A stretch of 64,000 nucleotides of DNA from Octopus vulgaris (taxonomy: Eukaryota): positions 41,540,001 to 41,604,000 of the forward strand of contig OX597817.1 of the NCBI GenBank assembly GCA_951406725.2, given 5' to 3'. The translations under genes and the position numbers were made by a program. Shown here in pieces: positions 50,917 through 64,000 of the stretch; within the stretch, counting starts at the first letter, position 1, and each line of letters starts with the position of its first letter. Below the pieces are notes generated by a model. It was given only the letters and a program-made list of their open reading frames with translations. It was not told the origin of the DNA and made no database searches.

Positions 50917-52924
50917 CTGAAGTATTTTGGATAATCTATAATCTACTTACTATCATTAAAAATCATCTTTAATGACCAAAATCCAGCCTAACATAATTAA
51001 TTGGAAACCAACTTTACACTTACAGGGCAATTAGTCATATACATTGGTACATATTGAGAAAGAACTGTTTACTCTAAAATAATCAGTATTTTATATATGA
51101 GACTTAGGGGAGGATATGAATGGAATATGGACTTCCTAGCTACATATGAGAGTGAATTTTAAGTATAAAATATATGAAACGGATAAAAGGAAGATAGCAA
51201 GTTTTCAATTAAGATTTGTGGGGCCAAAAGAAAGAATGTAAAGGACTGAATAAATTTACATTATCTGAAGGAAAATGTAAATATCTTTGATTTTAAGCAA
51301 CAAAATTATTTCTTTATTTGCGACTGTAATTTTATAAACTGTCTTGGAGGATATAAAATAACTTCATTAAATGCAATCAAAATAGAGCTTTAAATGTGAA
51401 ATTTAATTTTCTATATTTTATCCTAATTGATTTCCCATAATTACATCCTTTTGCAAAATCAATTGTGAATACCTTTCATGAATAATTTTCTTATATCTCC
51501 AGTCAATCCATTTCCTATAAGTATGTAGGAATTAATAAATACTAAGGAAAAGTATGAGTGGGAAGAAACACTTATTCGTTTGTGTGCAGAACATCAACAG
51601 TAAAATTACATTTATTTTGACTAAGAAAGAGGACAGTTTAGCAAACGAATAATTATAATTGACTGCAACAGCCATAACGAAATCAGGAATAAAGTTGACT
51701 GGAAGTCAGAACAACAAAGCATAGAAGTAGAGAATGTTAAGCAACAAAACAACTTGTGATTACTTGTGATGAAACCTCATCACTTCCCCTTTCTTATGAT
51801 ATTTAATGGGTGACACCACAAAACAATATTTCATTTGCTTTAGGTCAACACGGTTAGAATATATTGCTAAGTCAAGAAATATAATTTTCTTCTAACCAAA
51901 ATATAGTCTTTGGTTGGGTGATAGGTCTTTGAAAAATAACAGTCAACTGTTTTTATTGATCTTTGCTGAGTTTATTTCTTGTAGTAGTCTTCACAAAAAG
52001 AAAGAAAAAAAACACAAAATAAAGATAAAAGAAAAAGAAAAAAAACAGTATCTCTAGTTTTTATATCCTGGCACAGACTCAAACAACATAAAACCAAAGT
52101 TATATACAATTTAGGACTGATGCATAACAGATAACTTACACCTCAATAAACTGAAATGATTATCCAAACTTTACAAACTAGATACTTAACCATACTGAAA
52201 ATATCTCATACTTGCCATTATAGTCTAATATCTTGCTGTCAAACACCGAATTTGAGAGCTCACATTTTAGTAAAAGCTACATATAACAGTTGCATGTATT
52301 AATAACAAAAGCAAAGAAAACATTTCATTTTCTTGAATTTCTAATATTTATCACTTAGGATAAGAAAGTTGAAGAAACAATCATACAAACTTAGAAAACA
52401 ATACCATATCACTTACAGAACATTTGAATGCTGTAAGACAATATCTAATTAATCTGTAACCAAACAAAATATTACAAAAGGGAAGTACCAAACATATTGA
52501 TCACAATTTATTTAGTCAAAGGGTGATGACCTGCAGAGACACATCCATGATGAGAAAAATAATGAAATTGTAATTACACAAATTTCTGTGCATGTAAATC
52601 AAGTATTAAACTATTGTTTGGGGATTAAGGATTAAAGAAATTATATTCATATGAGATTTTAGCATGTTCGTCTGTAGGCAATGTCAAATTTTAGTGCAAA
52701 TGAAATTTCACCTTTAGGCAAGAGGTACTTCACCTTTGGTTAGAGACAAACACAACATACACTAAGTATGAACAAATCTCATACTATACTAAATCACCAG
52801 TCACAACAGTCAGTTTTATATGCAATACTCAAATGATACTAACTAGCTTTCAACTGTCCTTACATAGTACCATATCTGCAACCAAAGGTCTTTGGGATCA
52901 GAATGAAGTCAACATTAAAATAAA

Positions 52925-53183
52925 TCATCAACATCATTGTTTAACGTCTGCTTTCCATGCTGGCATGGGTTGGATGGTTTGATCAAGGACTGGCAAGCCA
53001 GGAGGCTGCACCAGGCTCCAATCTGATCTGGCAAGGTTTCTACAGCTGGATGCCCTTCCTAACGCCAACCACTCCAAGAGTGTAATGAGTGCTTTTTACA
53101 TACCACTGGCATTGACCACACTCGAATGGTGCTTTTTATGTGCTACTGGCATGGGTGCCAGTCAGGTGGCACTGGCAATGACC
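52925..53183 (-). mobile_element. RTE-tail repeat (family C)
   Basis: Near reverse complement of 20480-20729. Confidence 0.88.
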
Positions 53184-53264
53184 ATGCATCACTATAAGAA
53201 ATCATGGAATCATGATATTGACCAGACTATCGGATGTTGTTATACATTACTGGTCTCAGTGCGC

Positions 53265-53500
53265 TTTACATTGTTTTAGCCTTTGAATGATGTCATTCCA
53301 CTCGGTAGGTGAACAGATCAACATACCCACTGATCGAAGACTATTCCATTGCATGGAAACCTATTTACAGCTGAGTAGACTGAAGCAACAGGAAATGAAG
53401 TGTTTTGCTCCAGAACACAATGCACTGCACGGTCTGGAAATAGAACCCATGATCTAGCCATCATGAATGTGACACCCTAACTACCAAGTCACATGCCTTC
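53265..53500 (-). mobile_element. SINE family D
   Basis: CAGCTGAGTAGACTGAAGCAAC..GAAATGAAGTGTTTTGCTC..GAACACAATGC. Confidence 0.7.
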
Positions 53501-53854
53501 ATAGAATAAGAGATAGAGAACATAAAAAAAAAAAAAGAGGCAGGATAATTTATATTAAGTTGTGAGGGGAAGAGGGATAGAGTCAATGACATTTGTGAGT
53601 ACTCCTCATCTGGTGAGTTTGGTATGACGGATGTTCGTTCTAAACTTCTGCAGAACAATATCTGCAAGAACTGGAGACCTGACCTGATGTTTACAACAGC
53701 GTGTAACTTTGCTAAAAATCACACAAAGACCAGGTAATGATGTTAAACCAGGCAGTATATTAGAGCAACCACTTAGAAGTTAAGGGGAGGAAGTAGAGAA
53801 CACAATACAATGTCCATTGTTACTCAACTTTTAGTTTTAAATAAAAGAACCATA

Positions 53855-54267
53855 TAGGCGCAGGAGTGGCTGTGTGGTAAGTAGCTTGCTAACTAACCAC
53901 ATGGTTCTGGGTTCAGTCCCACTGCGTGGCATCTTGGGCAAGTGTCTTCTGCTATAGCCCCGGGCCGACCAATGCCTTGTGAGTGGATTTGGTAGACGGA
54001 AACTGAAAGAAGCCTGTCGTATATATGTATATATATATATATACATGTATGTGTGTGTATATGTTTGTGTGTCTGTGTTTGTCCCCCTAGCATTGCTTGA
54101 CAACCGATGCTGGTGTGTTTACGTCCCCGTTACTTAGCGGTTCGGCAAAACAGACCGATAGAATAAGTACTGGGCTTACAAAGAATAAGTCCCGGGGTCG
54201 ATTTGCTCGACTAAAGGCGGTGCTCCAGCATGGCCGCAGTCAAATGACTGAAACAAGTAAAAGAGTA
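53855..54267 (+). mobile_element. SINE family A, reference copy (tRNA-like head, CORE-like segment, internal TA/TG microsatellite, GTAAAAGA tail)
   Basis: A box TGGCTGTGTGG, B box GGGTTCAGTCCC, CORE-like CTTGGGCAAGT; more than 15 related copies in the window. Confidence 0.95.
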
Positions 54268-54591
54268 TAGTAATTTACAAAGTATTCAAGGCAGAAGGAA
54301 TGTGATTGATGGAGAATAACATTGATGAGGAGAAATAGATGTTTGTTTTAAATTATTTACTTTCTGTTAATGTTCTAAAACCTTATCTCTACTCATATGT
54401 CATATTAATTGTTCTCAACAAATTTTAATAATATATTATTAATATCAAGAATTAAATGCTTATATTAGTTTTCCATTCAATTGAGTTTCTCTAATATCGC
54501 AACTTCTTGCTTCACTGATAAGCTTAATATCTGCTTATCTTATCCAAAGCTAGCTTATTAAAATTTACAAAGATTAATTTTAATAGTTATA

Positions 54592-55920
<1,329 letters not shown>

Positions 55921-56440
55921 TGTGAAAACATGATTTATCTATGTATTTATCTATATTTTATTCAAGTACAGGATGAATACTCACAAAACCACATCTATTA
56001 TAAATCACAACATTACACAGAAGGTTTGTGTGACATTTAATTACATATATATAGCAGCAAAGAGGCTAAATTCAATCTTATATATAATATTATATATCTG
56101 TAGCTCAGTTAAAGAATTTTAATATTTCTTCTTCCAACTATCTCACCATTTTTTCCTATTTGCTTTCACTTCTGAAATCAATCAATATTATGTATGTATA
56201 GATGTATGAATTGATGATGGTACCTGTACATAATATCTCAACAGTAACCCAAATTTCCCTCAAACTACAACCTTCAACGTATGTATGTATGAACCAACAA
56301 GAGAATTTCTACATATAGATATAACAACTAAATCTCCATAAAGTCACACTCTAGTCATATGTATGTATGTATGTGTGTTTGTGTGTGTGTGTGCGTGTGT
56401 GTGTGTGCGTGTATGTATGTATGTGTGTGTGTGTGTGTAT

Positions 56441-56740
56441 CTCTTCTATTTTTCAATTATTATAAATCTTCCACGGAGGAGGGAGCCAGTTTCAAAAAAA
56501 GCTACAAGGCTCCATCTTTGGATTATAGTTAACACTGACAAATTCACATTTGGAACTTGAGAAAAGTCTTCCATACATTTACTGTTCTACTCACAGACTG
56601 CACTTGTTATGTACAAATTAGCCGGTCAATAATCCCAGTTTATCCAGATTCTCCTTTAAGTATTTACTAACAAAACCTAGTGCACCAATTATTATTGGTA
56701 TGAATATGAATTCATAGTCTGGATATAGAAGCTGGAGGTA
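56441..56740 (-). mobile_element. 5'-truncated RLE-type (R4-like) non-LTR element, copy 1
   Basis: 56544-56740 encodes YLQLLYPDYEFIFIPIIIGALGFVSKYLKENLDKLG, frameshift, then QVQSVSRTVNVWKTFLKFQM*; flanked by (TGTA)n/(TG)n. Confidence 0.75.
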
Positions 56741-56787
56741 TGAATGAATGAATGAATGAATGTATGTATGTATGAGTGTATGTATGT

Positions 56788-56940
56788 TTCTTCTATTTTT
56801 TAATTATTATAAAACTTCCATTGAGGAGGGAGTTGTTTTCTAACAAAGCTACAAGGCTCCATCTTTGGAATGTAGTTAACACAAACAAATTCACATTTGG
56901 AACTTGAGAAAAGTCTTGCATATATTTACTGTTCCACTCA
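56788..56940 (-). mobile_element. Same RLE-type element, shorter copy 2
   Basis: Direct repeat of 56441-56593; flanked by (TGTA)n. Confidence 0.75.
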
Positions 56941-57614
56941 TGCATGTATGTATGCATGTGTGCACAAACCAATGAGGGAGAAAGTATTTAGTATCAAGAT
57001 TTGATAGGAATAAAAGCTAAAACTCCCTCAAACCACACTCAACTGTGTATTTGCATCAACTAATGAATAAATCACAATGTGATAGCAAAACTACATAGGA
57101 TTGGCAGTGTCCCTCAGATCATATCTGTCTTGTTTGGATATGCTTACACCTATGAGTGGGTCAATCAACCAAAAAAAAAAGCAGCCAAATCACCCTTAAA
57201 TCACACCCTATTGTCTTCAGTGTATATGTATGAGTCAATGATAGAGACCTCTACTTTATAGACAGACCAATAAATATCAACAGCAAGCATTAGAAGTTGA
57301 TATATTAAACCAAATAGCCCCTATTTCCCCTCCCACCATGGTCAGCTTTATGTTGCTACTTCAACAATTAGAAATTCTGAAGGCCTCTTCAGGAAATTTT
57401 ACTGAAGCTTTGAAATGATCAAGTGAATAAAAACATTTTGCAGTAATTCTTGCTTCAGTGTAACTACACAGATACCCTATTTCATTAGTTAAATAGTTTG
57501 CAATGTGTGCTAGAACCTGCCATTAATGCATTTGAAACAATTCCCAGGTATAGCCAAGTACCTCTTGGAGTTGGGTTTCACTATTTTTTTTTATTAATCC
57601 TTTTTCTTTTTATA

Positions 57615-57967
57615 ATCTTTTACTTGTTTCAGTCATTATGCTGGGGCACGACCTTGAAGAATTTTTAGTTATTCCAGTACTTATTTTGTCTTTTAAGCCT
57701 ATGGACCTCTTTTGCTGAACTGCTAAGTTACGTGGATGTGAACACATGAACACCGGTTGTCAAACACAGACACATGCACACACACATATATATATATACA
57801 TGTGATGGGCTACTTTCAGTTTCCACCAACCAAATCTACTTTAAAGTCTTTGGTCAGCCCGACACTTTAGTAGATGAGACACTTGCCCAATGTGACACGC
57901 AGCAAGACTAAACCCAGAATCATGTGATTGGGAAGCAACCTCCATGCCATACAGCAAGGCCTGCACC
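57615..57967 (-). mobile_element. SINE family A, diverged
   Basis: Tail and head motifs recognisable. Confidence 0.8.
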
Positions 57968-58189
57968 AGTTATTTCAATATTTATTTCAGATTCTCTGAA
58001 ATTATCATTTCAAAATTAACACTAAATCACCAAATGAAACAATGGATAAAGAAACGGCTACCAGTCAGTAGATCAGTTGCTTCTCCTATTTCAGATGGCT
58101 GCTGTTAATATCTTATCTAATATTAATTTAGATAGAAAATATAGGCAGCTAATTCATAACACTAAGTCATATATAGCTTGACTTAAATA

Positions 58190-59365
58190 ACAGCAGGTAA
58201 AGGAGTGTGACTAAACACTTTACAGTTATCTGGTTCAAAGGTTGAACCCATTGTGCAGCACTGTAGCAACCCAAACATAACCCTGATGAGTGGAATTTGA
58301 TAGGTGCAAACTGGAGAAGCCTGTAGTGTGTATATACATGCTTGAGCAGATACATGTGTTTGTGTCTATGTTTGTGTACACTGATGTAAAATGGTGCATT
58401 AAGTTTCAACCCTTTAACCAAATAGATATTTTGATGGACTGGTTGGGCAGTACGAAGTTTGCTTCCCAATTTGGGTTCAGTCCCACTGCGTGGCACCTTG
58501 GGCAAACATCTTCTACTATATATATATTTATATATATATTTCTTCCTTTATTCTTTTACTTGTTTCAGTCATTTGACTGTGGACATGCTGGAGCAATGGC
58601 TTAAAGGGTTTTTAGTCATAGAAATTGACCCCAGGACTTATTCTTTGTAAGCTTAGAACATATTCTAATGGTTGCTTTTGCCGAACTGCTAAGTTACAGG
58701 GATGTAAACACAACAGCAGTTGTCAAGCGATAGTGAGGGGAGAGACAAACAAGGACATACACACACACATACAACAAGCTACTTTCAGTTTCTGTCTACC
58801 AAATCCACTCACAAGGTCTGGTCAGCCTGAGGTTATAGTATTATACACTTGGCCTAGGTGCCACACAATGGGACTGAACCTGGTACCATGTGGTTCAAAA
58901 CCAAGCTTCTTACCACACAGCCATGTCTGTACCTATGTGTATATACATACATACATTATATATATATATCAATATATATATTATATATTACACACACATA
59001 CATACATACGCGTGTATGTATGTGTCCATGACCTTATGTTTGTGTCTGTCCCCTACCACTGCTTGAAAACCAGTGTCGATATGTTTACATCCTGATAACT
59101 TAGTGGCTCGGCAAAAACAGACCAATGGAATAAGAACTGGGGTTAAAGAAATAAATACTGGGCATTGATTCATTCAGCTAAAATTCTTCAGGCGATGCTC
59201 CAGCATGACTGCAGTCCATGAAATCAAGTAAAAGATAAAAGATAAATGCTGTTAGCGATTCTATAGAGATCAGTCCTAGAATTGAAAAAATATCTAAAAA
59301 GACTTAAAAGCCATGCTGTAGCATGGCCACAGTCCAATGAATGAAACCAGCGTAAGAACAAAAGT
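58190..59365. mobile_element. SINE A cluster: + fragments (58190-58390, 58440-58520, 59010-59245, 59300-59365) around a minus copy (58549-58935)
   Basis: Family A motifs on both strands. Confidence 0.8.
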
Positions 59366-59606
59366 GTAGAACATATTAAAAGGAAACAAGCAATAACATA
59401 AATCTTTAGAAAGATATTAGATGAGGAAGGAAAAAAAAAACCAATATATTTAAGTGTTTTACATTAGATTGTGTCTGCAAACTGGTAGGAACAAAAATAC
59501 AAAAAAAAAGAAACACTTATATGTAATATATGTAGTACAATAAATGGATGATATTGTTTTTGTTCGCTACTTGAAATAGCAGTATACATTAGATGTGTCA
59601 ATTTAA

Positions 59607-59678
<72 letters not shown>

Positions 59679-59688
59679 ATATATATAA
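59607..59688. repeat. (TA)n/(TG)n microsatellite
   Basis: Seen directly. Confidence 0.95.
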
Positions 59689-59919
59689 AATTTTCAGTCT
59701 AATTATTGAATGTGTACATAAAAACCTGCTATCAAGTACCATCATACAAACAGTAAATTGAAGGAAATGTATATGCTGTACTAGTAGAGAAGAAGAGGGG
59801 AGAGAAGGACAGAGACTGAGAGAGAGAGAGAAAGAGAGAGAGAGAGGGTGAGCGAGAGGGGGGGCTGGAGGCACAGAAGGACAGACAAATAACATGAAAG
59901 AGAAAGTGTTCATGTACCA

Positions 59920-60300
59920 GATTCTGCATGTGTGAATACATGTATGAGAGCACAGATGTGCAAGTAAGTGCATCAGTGTGCTCATGCACATTTGTGCACA
60001 TGTACGAGTGGGTATTCACAAGTGTGTGCGATTGGTCACATGTGAGCATGCAAGCATGTGCATGTATAAGTGCACGTGCACATGCAAAAGCATGTGTTTG
60101 TGATAATGTGCACATGCAAGATTGTATGCGTGTGCACGCGCGTGTGTGTGTGTGTGTGTGTGTTCATATTTGAGGGTGCATGAGTTTTGTGAGCAGCATA
60201 TGAGCGCGATGCATGAACGCAATGCAGTGCATGTGATGTGTGGCATAGTGTGAGTGCAGGCATAAATGAATGATTGCATGCAAAAATGAATCTATATATG
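59920..60300. repeat. Degenerate alternating purine-pyrimidine (TG/CA) tract
   Basis: Dense TGCA, CATG and TGTG words. Confidence 0.75.
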
Positions 60301-61159
60301 TGAAAGCTGCAACAAGAGGGAGAAGTCAAGTGTAGGAACTAGAAGCCGTGTGTAGGAGCAAGAACTAACGAGCAAGTGTGTGTTTGTGTGTCTGCAAGCG
60401 CATGTACAAGCGCAACTGGCTGAACATGCGTATGATTGAGAGACTGTGTGATCAATCAAAAGAAGGGAAAAACTGTGAGTGTATGCATGTGTGTGTGTGT
60501 GCGCACAGTTGTGAGCAAGATAGTGAAAGAATTTATTGATTTTACTGAAATATCAGTTGTTTTTAAAAATCTAATATGTTTTTATAAAGCAAGCTGTGCA
60601 GCACACACATTATACCATCAAATCAGTATCTAAGAGAATGAAGTAGTCTAAAAGACTATTCTATTCAACGATTGGCTAATTGCTGAAAAGGTAAGCACTG
60701 GAAAAATTCCAAAAACTGTCCATTGATCAATTTTGTTCTTGCTAAAGCAATAACTAGTTGAAATTAAAAACCTTCAGAAAACTATACTATTTTCAGATAC
60801 CTGCTGCTATTAAGATTTCTTCACTATCTCCAGCAGACAATGAAATATAAAGTAAGCTAAATGTCAAACAAATATGTTCTAATAATTGAAGTTAACCAGA
60901 CTTCAATATTCAATCAGTGATTTAGTGTTGGACACTGCATCTTCACTGTGGAACGCTACACACTATGTTTTAAAACAAAGCACATACAATAGGCTCTGAT
61001 GGTTTATTTCACTCAACCAACAACAACATAATGATAATGTGTTGAATAATAATGTGTAGAGTGCAGCCTAGTAATGTGTTGAGAGTTCCTTAATAATGTA
61101 TTTGAGAGTTCTCTTATAATGTGTTGAGTAGACAGAATAAAAAGAGATAAAGATCTTTC

Positions 61160-61396
61160 ATGAGTCATTTAGACCCATAGGGCTGGTTTCCCGGTATCCG
61201 TGGTGTATATATTACCCACCTGGATAAGACGCCAGTCCATTGCAGAATTAGTCATTTTTGCCAGCTGAGTGGACTCAAATAATGAAAAATGAAATGTTTT
61301 CCACAAGAACACAATGCATTGATTTGTCCAGGAATCGAAACCACAATCTTACAATCATGAGTCCAACACCCTAACCACTAAGCCACACACCTCCAC
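61160..61396 (-). mobile_element. SINE family D
   Basis: GCCAGCTGAGTGGACT...CCAGGAATCGAAACCAC...CCCTAACCACTAAGCCAC. Confidence 0.75.
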
Positions 61397-61704
61397 TACA
61401 CCTCTAATTACTAAGCTACACTCCTCCACAATGTGCTGAGTACACCTCAGTAATATGCTGAGTACACCCTTATGATGTGTTGAGTGCACCCCAATTAAAC
61501 AGACCTTGGTGTTTTTAACACCTCTTATTTGCTTCTGAGAGGGTAACCTTGATACTAGAGCCAAAACCTATACAAGAAACAGTAAGGTAATGTGCATACA
61601 AATATTATAATTAAGGAATTAATTTGCAGTATAAAATATACCATATTTCGAGACAAAAACGACAAAGGTTAACCTATCTTATACTATCTATATAGTATAC
61701 TATA

Positions 61705-62098
61705 TAGGTGTAGGAGTGGCTGTGTGGTAAGTACTTTGCTTATGAACCACATGGTTCAGGGTTCAGTCCCACTGAGTGGCACCTTGGGCAAGTGTCTTCT
61801 ACTATAGCCTCAGGCTGACCAAAGCCTTGAGAGTGGATTTGGTAGATGGAAACTGAAAGAAGCCCATCGTATATATGTATATATGTGTGTGTGTGTGTGT
61901 TTGCCTCCGCAACATCACTTGACAACTGATTCTGGTGTGTTTACGTCCCCGTAACTTAGCAGTTCGGCAAAAGAGACCAATAGAATAAGTACTGGGCGTG
62001 CAAAGGATAAGTCCTGGGGTCGATTTGCTCAACTAAAAGGCGGTGCTCCAGCATGGCCACAGTTAAATGACTGAAACAAGTAAACGAGTAAAAAAGTA
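61705..62098 (+). mobile_element. SINE family A
   Basis: Full-length copy. Confidence 0.93.
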
Positions 62099-62328
62099 TC
62101 TTAAGAAGTTTTCAGAAAAGAAATTAAAACAAAACTCCCATCTGTAGCTAAAGGACCAAGCAGAAGGAACTGTTTAATCCACTCAAACAAAATTTAACCA
62201 GAACCTAGTAAAAACTTCATCAGTGTAATAATTGTACGCAACAAATTTCCCATCAAAATTGACCTTTTTTTTTTTCAACATATAAATAACCAGAATTAAT
62301 TGAGATATAACTTTTGAAGATAACACTA

Positions 62329-62413
62329 TAAGGTGGGCCATAATGATGGGACGGTACTTAAAGTCAGTCTTCTAATCCATTTAAAATGTGTCCCATCATT
62401 ATGACCCACCCTG
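62329..62413. mobile_element. 85-bp Tc1/mariner-type MITE
   Basis: TA|TAAGGTGGGCCATAATGATGGGAC...GTCCCATCATTATGACCCACCCTG|TA; 24-bp TIRs. Confidence 0.75.
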
Positions 62414-63609
62414 TATAACCAAAAACCCACAAATGGGAAATGGAGTAACCTGGTAAAAAAAAAAAAAAAAACAAGTTAATTGTTGGGAGCCAAATTTAAA
62501 ATGTCCAATTCTTTCTTATGATTTCACATATCAAACAGGTTTAGTATTCAATGAGATTAGCAGCTTACACAGCAACATAAACATATCTCTGTACAGCATA
62601 CTTCTTTACACTGTTGATCCTTTAATAGTTTCTAAAGGCATGTGTGTATGTGTATGCACATGTATGAATGTATATCAGTTTCCTTACAGTTTTTATGTAA
62701 ACTAAAAAGAAAAGAAAAACAGTGCAGTACACTGATTGAATTGAAAATCTTAAATATTCAAAATCATTTCTTTCCAGAAATGAAAAGGGTTCAGGAAATT
62801 TGATGTTAAAACATCATTGAAAAAAAAAAAAAAAAACCACATCAGAAACAGGGAGAATTACCTAAGAGATGGGTTATTAAAAAAACTGAAAAATAAACTA
62901 TGGTTTAATCTCAAGACAGATCATGCCAAAATGTATTTCAAAATTAAATCATGATAATTGACAATCCAATAGAAATAAAGGTTAATCAGTTAAAATGTAA
63001 TGTTATGAAAGGGAAGTTTAGTCATTTATTCTTAACCTTAGCAAATAATGAATTTGTCCAAATATAGCTTAATCTAGAGAAAAGTTTAAAAATAAATTCT
63101 TTTATTTATATAGTAAAGGATTTCATACACATACAGACACAGCCTGAATTATCTCTGATTTCAAATAGAAACTTAAAGACTGTATAACAGAACAGAGCTG
63201 TAATATTACTCTTGAACCAGTAAACAGAGGAACTGTCACACACTTTAAATGTCATATATTTACCATTAACATAATCAGTGTTCCATTTCTTTACATTTTG
63301 CTTTTTAACCCCCATCTTTTGCTTTATTTTAAGTTTTACTTGAAACTGACTTTCAACAAAATTGAAGAAGAAAAAAACTGTAACTTATATAATGGTATTG
63401 GTCATGCAGGTACACTCAAGATGAAGTGGAATGTCACGCCACAACTTTTGGTTTAATTTTTTGATGGGAGGGGTTCATACTTAACAGAGGTTCAACAAGT
63501 TAGACACATTTTAAAATGTTCGTTATTTTACTTGGTAAATAAATAACTATCAAACTCAACACAGATCTTAGGTATAACTATCTCTGACTCACATATGAGC
63601 TGTCTCTTC

Positions 63610-63731
63610 ACTGACCTTTTGTACTACCACTGCAGTGACCTCTACTCTTTGGAACCTTTCTGACTTGCGAGCTCCTGTCAAACAATTCAACCCATGTCAG
63701 CAGGGAAAACAGATGTTAAATGATGATGATA
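63610..63731 (+). mobile_element. RTE-tail repeat fragment
   Basis: GTCAAAC..TTCAACCCATGTCAGCAGGGAAAACAGATGTTAAATGATGATGAT. Confidence 0.7.
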
Positions 63732-64000
63732 AAAGGTAGTGTGTTTTGATCATAATATGGTAACCAAAAAGGGTTAAATTATGGATATTACAAGTAGATG
63801 GCGGCAGTTAGATTAGCTTGTGTGAAGGAATTGAAAAACAAACTGAAACTATTTGTAAAGTCAGAAGGAAAAAGTAGGGTGACATTGCTAGCTAATCAAA
63901 TATAAATATTTGATTAGTTGAACAGAATGAATACCAGAATGTAAAGACATAATTTAAACATTCTTACTTCAACAAATAAGCTACTGGTATTTAAGAAACT

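Noticed and set aside
52417-52430. Possible 14-nt minus-strand microexon (tcttacag|CATTCAAATGTTCT|gtaagt)
   Set aside because: Short polypyrimidine tract, no compositional contrast, and the two sites form a small inverted repeat.
53855-53930. tRNA-like sequence with A and B boxes
   Set aside because: Head of a SINE; no complete cloverleaf recognised and it always continues into the SINE body.

Overview
AT-rich, repeat-dense eukaryotic DNA with no bacterial-style genes. The repeat families (tRNA-headed SINEs, RTE LINEs with (GAT)n tails, long TA/CA microsatellites) look like those of an octopus/cephalopod genome; this is inference from recognition, not a database result. Almost every ORF in the supplied track comes from microsatellites or SINEs. 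Real protein homology is confined to retroelement fragments: a young 5'-truncated RTE LINE (38756-40057), older RTE pieces, a Penelope-like RT with a YRDD motif that the ORF track missed (15861-16319, minus), R4/Dong-like restriction-like-endonuclease 3' ends (18913-19570, 56441-56940) and CR1-group 3' ends. There are also piggyBac-, hAT- and Tc1/mariner-type MITEs, many of them nested. Three Penelope-like loci carry degenerate minimal hammerhead-ribozyme motifs. A clean 31-nt minus-strand exon (34387-34417) and weaker candidate first exons suggest the window lies inside introns of one large, unidentified minus-strand gene. I found no convincing wholly new system. The best leads are the hammerhead-bearing palindromic mini-element, the Penelope-like RT with no recognisable endonuclease, the trimeric SINE inside one TSD, and the microsatellite-associated RLE elements. 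Boundaries of degenerate repeats are approximate.
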